A DNA stretch of 64,000 bases. It comes from Squalus acanthias (taxonomy: Eukaryota). The notes below the pieces were generated by a model. It searched no databases, had not been told where the DNA came from, and saw nothing but the letters and a program-made list of their open reading frames with translations. The position numbers were made by a program, and so were the translations under genes. Below are positions 60,343 through 64,000 of the stretch, piece after piece (position 1 is the stretch's first letter; each line of letters begins with the position of its first letter). The DNA lies in assembly GCA_030390025.1 (NCBI GenBank), contig CM059432.1, positions 9,300,001 through 9,364,000 of the forward strand, given 5' to 3'.

Positions 60343-62770
60343 GATGGCGTTTGGAGGAGTCAGGAGAGTGCACAAAGGGAGGGAGAAGTTTCGTGACAGA
60401 TTCAGGACGATGCATCGCTTGACGTATTGCTGGGTGCAGTGAGGGGTCGGAGAGAGCTCATCTTCCCCGGCAACAGGAGGAAGAAACCTGCTGCTCTCAC
60501 CAAGAAGGCGTGCTTGGAGGTGGCTGAGGAGGTCAGCAGCAGGAGCGTTGTGGCTCGTTCCTGGATCCAGTGCGGGAAGTGCTTTAATGACCTAACCAGG
60601 CCAGGAAAGGTGAGTACAGTTGCTGATTCACCTACATCCTGTAGTGCACATCATCTCACCCACACCCCCCACCCCACTCTGTCTTGTCAAGCCTACTCCA
60701 TCACATCACTCCTCACACCCACTTAAGTGTCCAGAACCCATCCTTCACTTTCTATGCACTTGCTCACCTCCCCATTTATCCTTCCACCGCTGCCACTCAC
60801 CCCGGTCCTTATGCAATGTGATGCCTCTGCCTGATGGTCGCCCTCACCGTGGGCACTGCATCCATCGGGTAAACACATGCCTTACAGTCACTCACAGGTC
60901 TGTTCATTCCCACGTGGCAGGAGAAGAGAGCATAAAGCACAAGGGAGAGGGAGAGGACTGGAGGTGGGCCGGCACAGATTGTGCAGCTGACAGCTGCAGT
61001 GGAGGAGGCAAAGGAGATCAGTGGCATCTCAGCGTCCCTGACCATCAGAGATGGAAAGTCAGACTTAGCGGCCGCCTGGTGACAGAATTAAATAATTCTG
61101 ACCTACATCTCATGCAGTACTCAGTCATGTTGGCTTGATTTCAGCAACGAGTAAAATATGATAAGCCTGATTATGCTGAGTGGCAACATTGCTGCATTGC
61201 CAGGACTGGTTCATATCCCTTTCTTCTCTCCTCCAGGGCCTTCATGCGTAGAGCAGCAATCTGTTGACTTTCCGAAGGACGATTCCTCGGGGGACCTCAT
61301 TGCTTCTGAGGCTGCACCGTTACAGGACATACTACCCAGGCACCAGCGCAAATACTCGCACTTCAGTGGGCCCGGTTAGACAGCTGGTTGGGTTTTCCCC
61401 TGGTGACTCACTGTTCACAAGTGAGCACGAGCAGACACTGGTGGCAGGGACAGCTGTGGGGGAGGCGCAGCCCTCTCCAAGCTCTGCTCAGCTAGACGCA
61501 GATGCTGAACCCCGGGGGCAATCGATGAAAAAGGAGAATCATTGAGGGGCAGCAGCAAATTTACGAGGTATTGGCAGACACATACGCTCCACAATAGCGC
61601 AGAGCATGGAGGAGTCCAACTTGATCGCTAGTGGATTGATGTTGTAGGCCATTGCGAGAATGTTTGTCATGAAGAGAGTGGCCGCCTCCATGGAACTTCA
61701 AGCATGTCTATCAAATAAGTCCATGCAGGCCATGAAGACTTTGGAAGCCAGCATGTCTGCCACCTTAAACTGAAGGAAGGATGTTCTTGCCATGGAGGGA
61801 GTGCAGCGAAGATTCACAAGGCTGATACCTGGGATGGCAGGAATGAAGTATGAAGAGAGATTGGGTCGATTGGGCTTGTATTCGCTGGAGTTTAGAAGAA
61901 TGAGAGGGGATCTCATTGAAACTTATAAAATTCTAACAGGACAGGACAGACTAGATGCAGGAAGGATGTTCCCGATGGCGGGGGAGTCCAGAACCAGGGG
62001 TCACAGTCTAAAGATAAGGGGTAAGCCATTTAGGACTGAGATGAGGAGGAATTTCTTCACCCAGAGAGTGGTGAACCTGTGGAATTGTCTACCACAGAAG
62101 ACAGTTGAGTCCATTTCATTAAATATATTCAAGAAGGAGTTAGATATATTTCTTAAGGCTAAAGGGATCAAGGGATATGGGGAGAAAGCAGGGACAGGGT
62201 ACTGAATTTGGATGATCAGCCATGATCGAATTGAATGGCGGAGCAGGCTCGAGGGGCCAAATGGCCTACTCCTGCTCCTATCTTCTATGCTTCTATGCTT
62301 CTACCTTATCCGTGGCCTTACAAGGCGTCACTGATCTGTACGAAGCTGCTCCCCCGCAGAGTGGTAGAAGTGACATGGCGCTAGCCCAGGAGAGGGATGA
62401 TGGCTGAAGGGGACATGGAAGTGGCGACTCCACTCAAAGTGCTCCCACTTCTCCTCCATTGCACTCCCCCCCGCCTCCCCCCCCACCCCCTGGTCAGTAT
62501 TCAGCTTGTTGCCTCATCTCCCGATGGCGAGTCTGCCCCTTTGGCGGAGCCCACATGGCTCAAACACCCAGAGGTTGTTGGCCAAGAACATCTCAGCAGT
62601 TCGAGCAGGGATCTGAGCAGCCTGCCTCTACCTCTGCTGAAGCCTCAGGGGTTGCACCACGTAGGAGCGTTACACGAAGGAAGAGAAATTCACCAAGTGT
62701 GTACACGCGGGTGTTTGAGAAAATGTTATGTTGTTAAGTTTCCTTTTGTTATCACGGCAAATAAAATGTA
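60343..62770 (+). pseudogene. Harbinger Myb/SANT-like gene, spliced, decayed
   Basis: Exon 1 to 60609 (RRELIFP...CLEVAEEVSSRSVVARSWIQCGKCFNDLTRPGK|gtgagt); exon 2 from 60921 (EKRA*STRERERTGGGP); exon 3 after ttctctcctccag 61236; AATAAA ~62760. Confidence 0.8.
61771..62302 (+). mobile_element. CR1 3' fragment inserted in Myb exon 3
   Basis: ORF 61792-62205; very similar to 59585-60123. Confidence 0.94.
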
Positions 62771-62963
62771 TTAAATTTTCAATATTTCCCCGTGTCGTCC
62801 ATTCTTGCGTGCCGAGTGGGAACTCGCCTTTTCAGTTGGTAATGAATGTGAAGACCGTGAATTGATGGGACTAATTGGGGGATGTGCAATGTGAGAGTGG
62901 TTGGTTACAGGAATTCTTGTGGGAGTGGTAGGGGAGGTTGGGGAGAGGTGGGGGGGCAGGGGG

Positions 62964-64000
62964 TGAAGGGCCCTAATTGCCTACAATGTGACTTTGGCCT
63001 CACTGTAGAGGTCGCGAATTGACTAGAGACTTAACAGCCCAGTTAACAGGACAGGCTCAGGCTATGCCTCGAGACCAACGGAATGATGGGAAAGTTGGTC
63101 ACGAACTGAGATCAGCAGCAGTTGTGTAAGGGTAAAATTAATTGTAATAATGTAAGAGCAAATCAGTTGTAATGCTTAAAGTTAGTTGAACTGCTTAAAG
63201 GACTAGAGTAAAGGTCAAATTATCTCCCGAAGGCCACAAGCCAATGGAGACAGGGGTATAATTAAATAAAAACCTGCTTGCTTGGTCTGCGGTATAGATA
63301 ATGCAGACACTGCAGAACAAAACGTGAATCATTGTTGTCTATAATAAACTAACCTCGAATGGTGTCCAATCACCAACAGACAACTCAGGTTGACCGAAGC
63401 TATGATGGAGCAAGAATAATCCTTGCAGCTCAGATGGCTAACCACCATTAGACAAAAGCAGAACTAGAGAATGGATTTCGCTAACATTGTAAGATTCTAA
63501 TCAGGTTGTTTTTAGAGACCCTGACTAAGGGTCGCTCATGATGTAATAACTGCTGATGTTTGTACTTTCTGGCTTCTTGAAGTGTATAAAGAAGCTTGGC
63601 TGCTACTATTAAATTGAGAAGTTGACCACTAGACCGCGGGGTCTATGGCTCTTCTCCCAGGGCGTTCTGAATAATAAACTGTGATCTTCTGCTTTGAGAC
63701 AGTTCGAGTGAATTCATTTTTCACCAACATTGGGAAAAGTGCTGACTGTGAACCAGAGTGAAAGACAAGTTCATCTAACTAACCGCATCATCCTGCTGAG
63801 CAAGCAAAGGAACTCGATAACCAGGAACCAGCTTGTGAGAAACAAGGGCTTGAGAACTGGTAAAGTCATCACGGCTGAGGACAAAGTGCAGGCGGCTTTG
63901 TAAATGTACGCACGGAACAGAACAAAACCAACTTTCTGGGCGCGACTTGACTTTTGCACGCGAAGAGCTGTATTTAAACAGCCCGGGTTCAGCGGATAAC
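62964..64000 (+). mobile_element. LTR of the 58359-59102 family (runs off window), interrupted by another LTR
   Basis: 62964-63124 and 63730-64000 align with 58359-58790. Confidence 0.9.
63125..63729 (+). mobile_element. Nested solo LTR, 605 bp (ERV/Gypsy-like)
   Basis: TGTAAG...CACCAACA; TATAAA ~63585 and AATAAA ~63673; only ttg is duplicated at the flanks. Confidence 0.8.

Noticed and set aside
58359..64000. Full-length LTR retrotransposon bounded by the two similar LTRs
   Set aside because: The first LTR has its own TSD, and no primer-binding site, gag or pol lies between them.
1..64000. CRISPR arrays, operons or other prokaryotic systems; intact tRNA/rRNA genes
   Set aside because: The sequence is vertebrate repeat-rich DNA with no regularly spaced repeat-spacer array; tRNA-like segments are SINE heads or fragments.

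Overview
This is eukaryotic genomic DNA with a very high repeat content. The repeat families (HER1/CR1 LINEs, an HE1/V-SINE, Deu-domain SacSINE1-like SINEs, LF-SINE-like SINEs) point to a cartilaginous fish such as a shark; this is an inference from family recognition without a database search. I found no confidently identifiable host gene, so the window looks intronic or intergenic. Nearly every ORF in the track is a fragment or antisense shadow of a transposable element. Non-LTR retrotransposons: more than 30 CR1 fragments, L2, RTE, an Ingi/Vingi 5' end, a CR1-group LINE sharing its tail with the LF-SINEs, and Penelope-like pseudo-LTRs. LTR elements: three solo LTRs with clean target-site duplications (TSDs), plus an LTR nested inside another LTR. 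DNA transposons: decayed Harbinger elements (HARBI1-like transposase and spliced Myb/SANT genes) and several MITEs. The most interesting signals are RNA-level and junction-level: (1) a 77-nt HDV/CPEB3-like ribozyme fold at the 5' end of the Ingi/Vingi element (4786-4862); (2) minimal hammerhead cores in Penelope pseudo-LTRs, including a 92-bp-arm hairpin with one core per strand; (3) three SINE/LINE partner pairs in one window; (4) a repair or insertion scar with filler templated from 1.8 kb away; (5) a TTAA element with subterminal-only inverted repeats, possibly Crypton-like. Repeat boundaries are approximate unless a TSD or terminal inverted repeat (TIR) is quoted.
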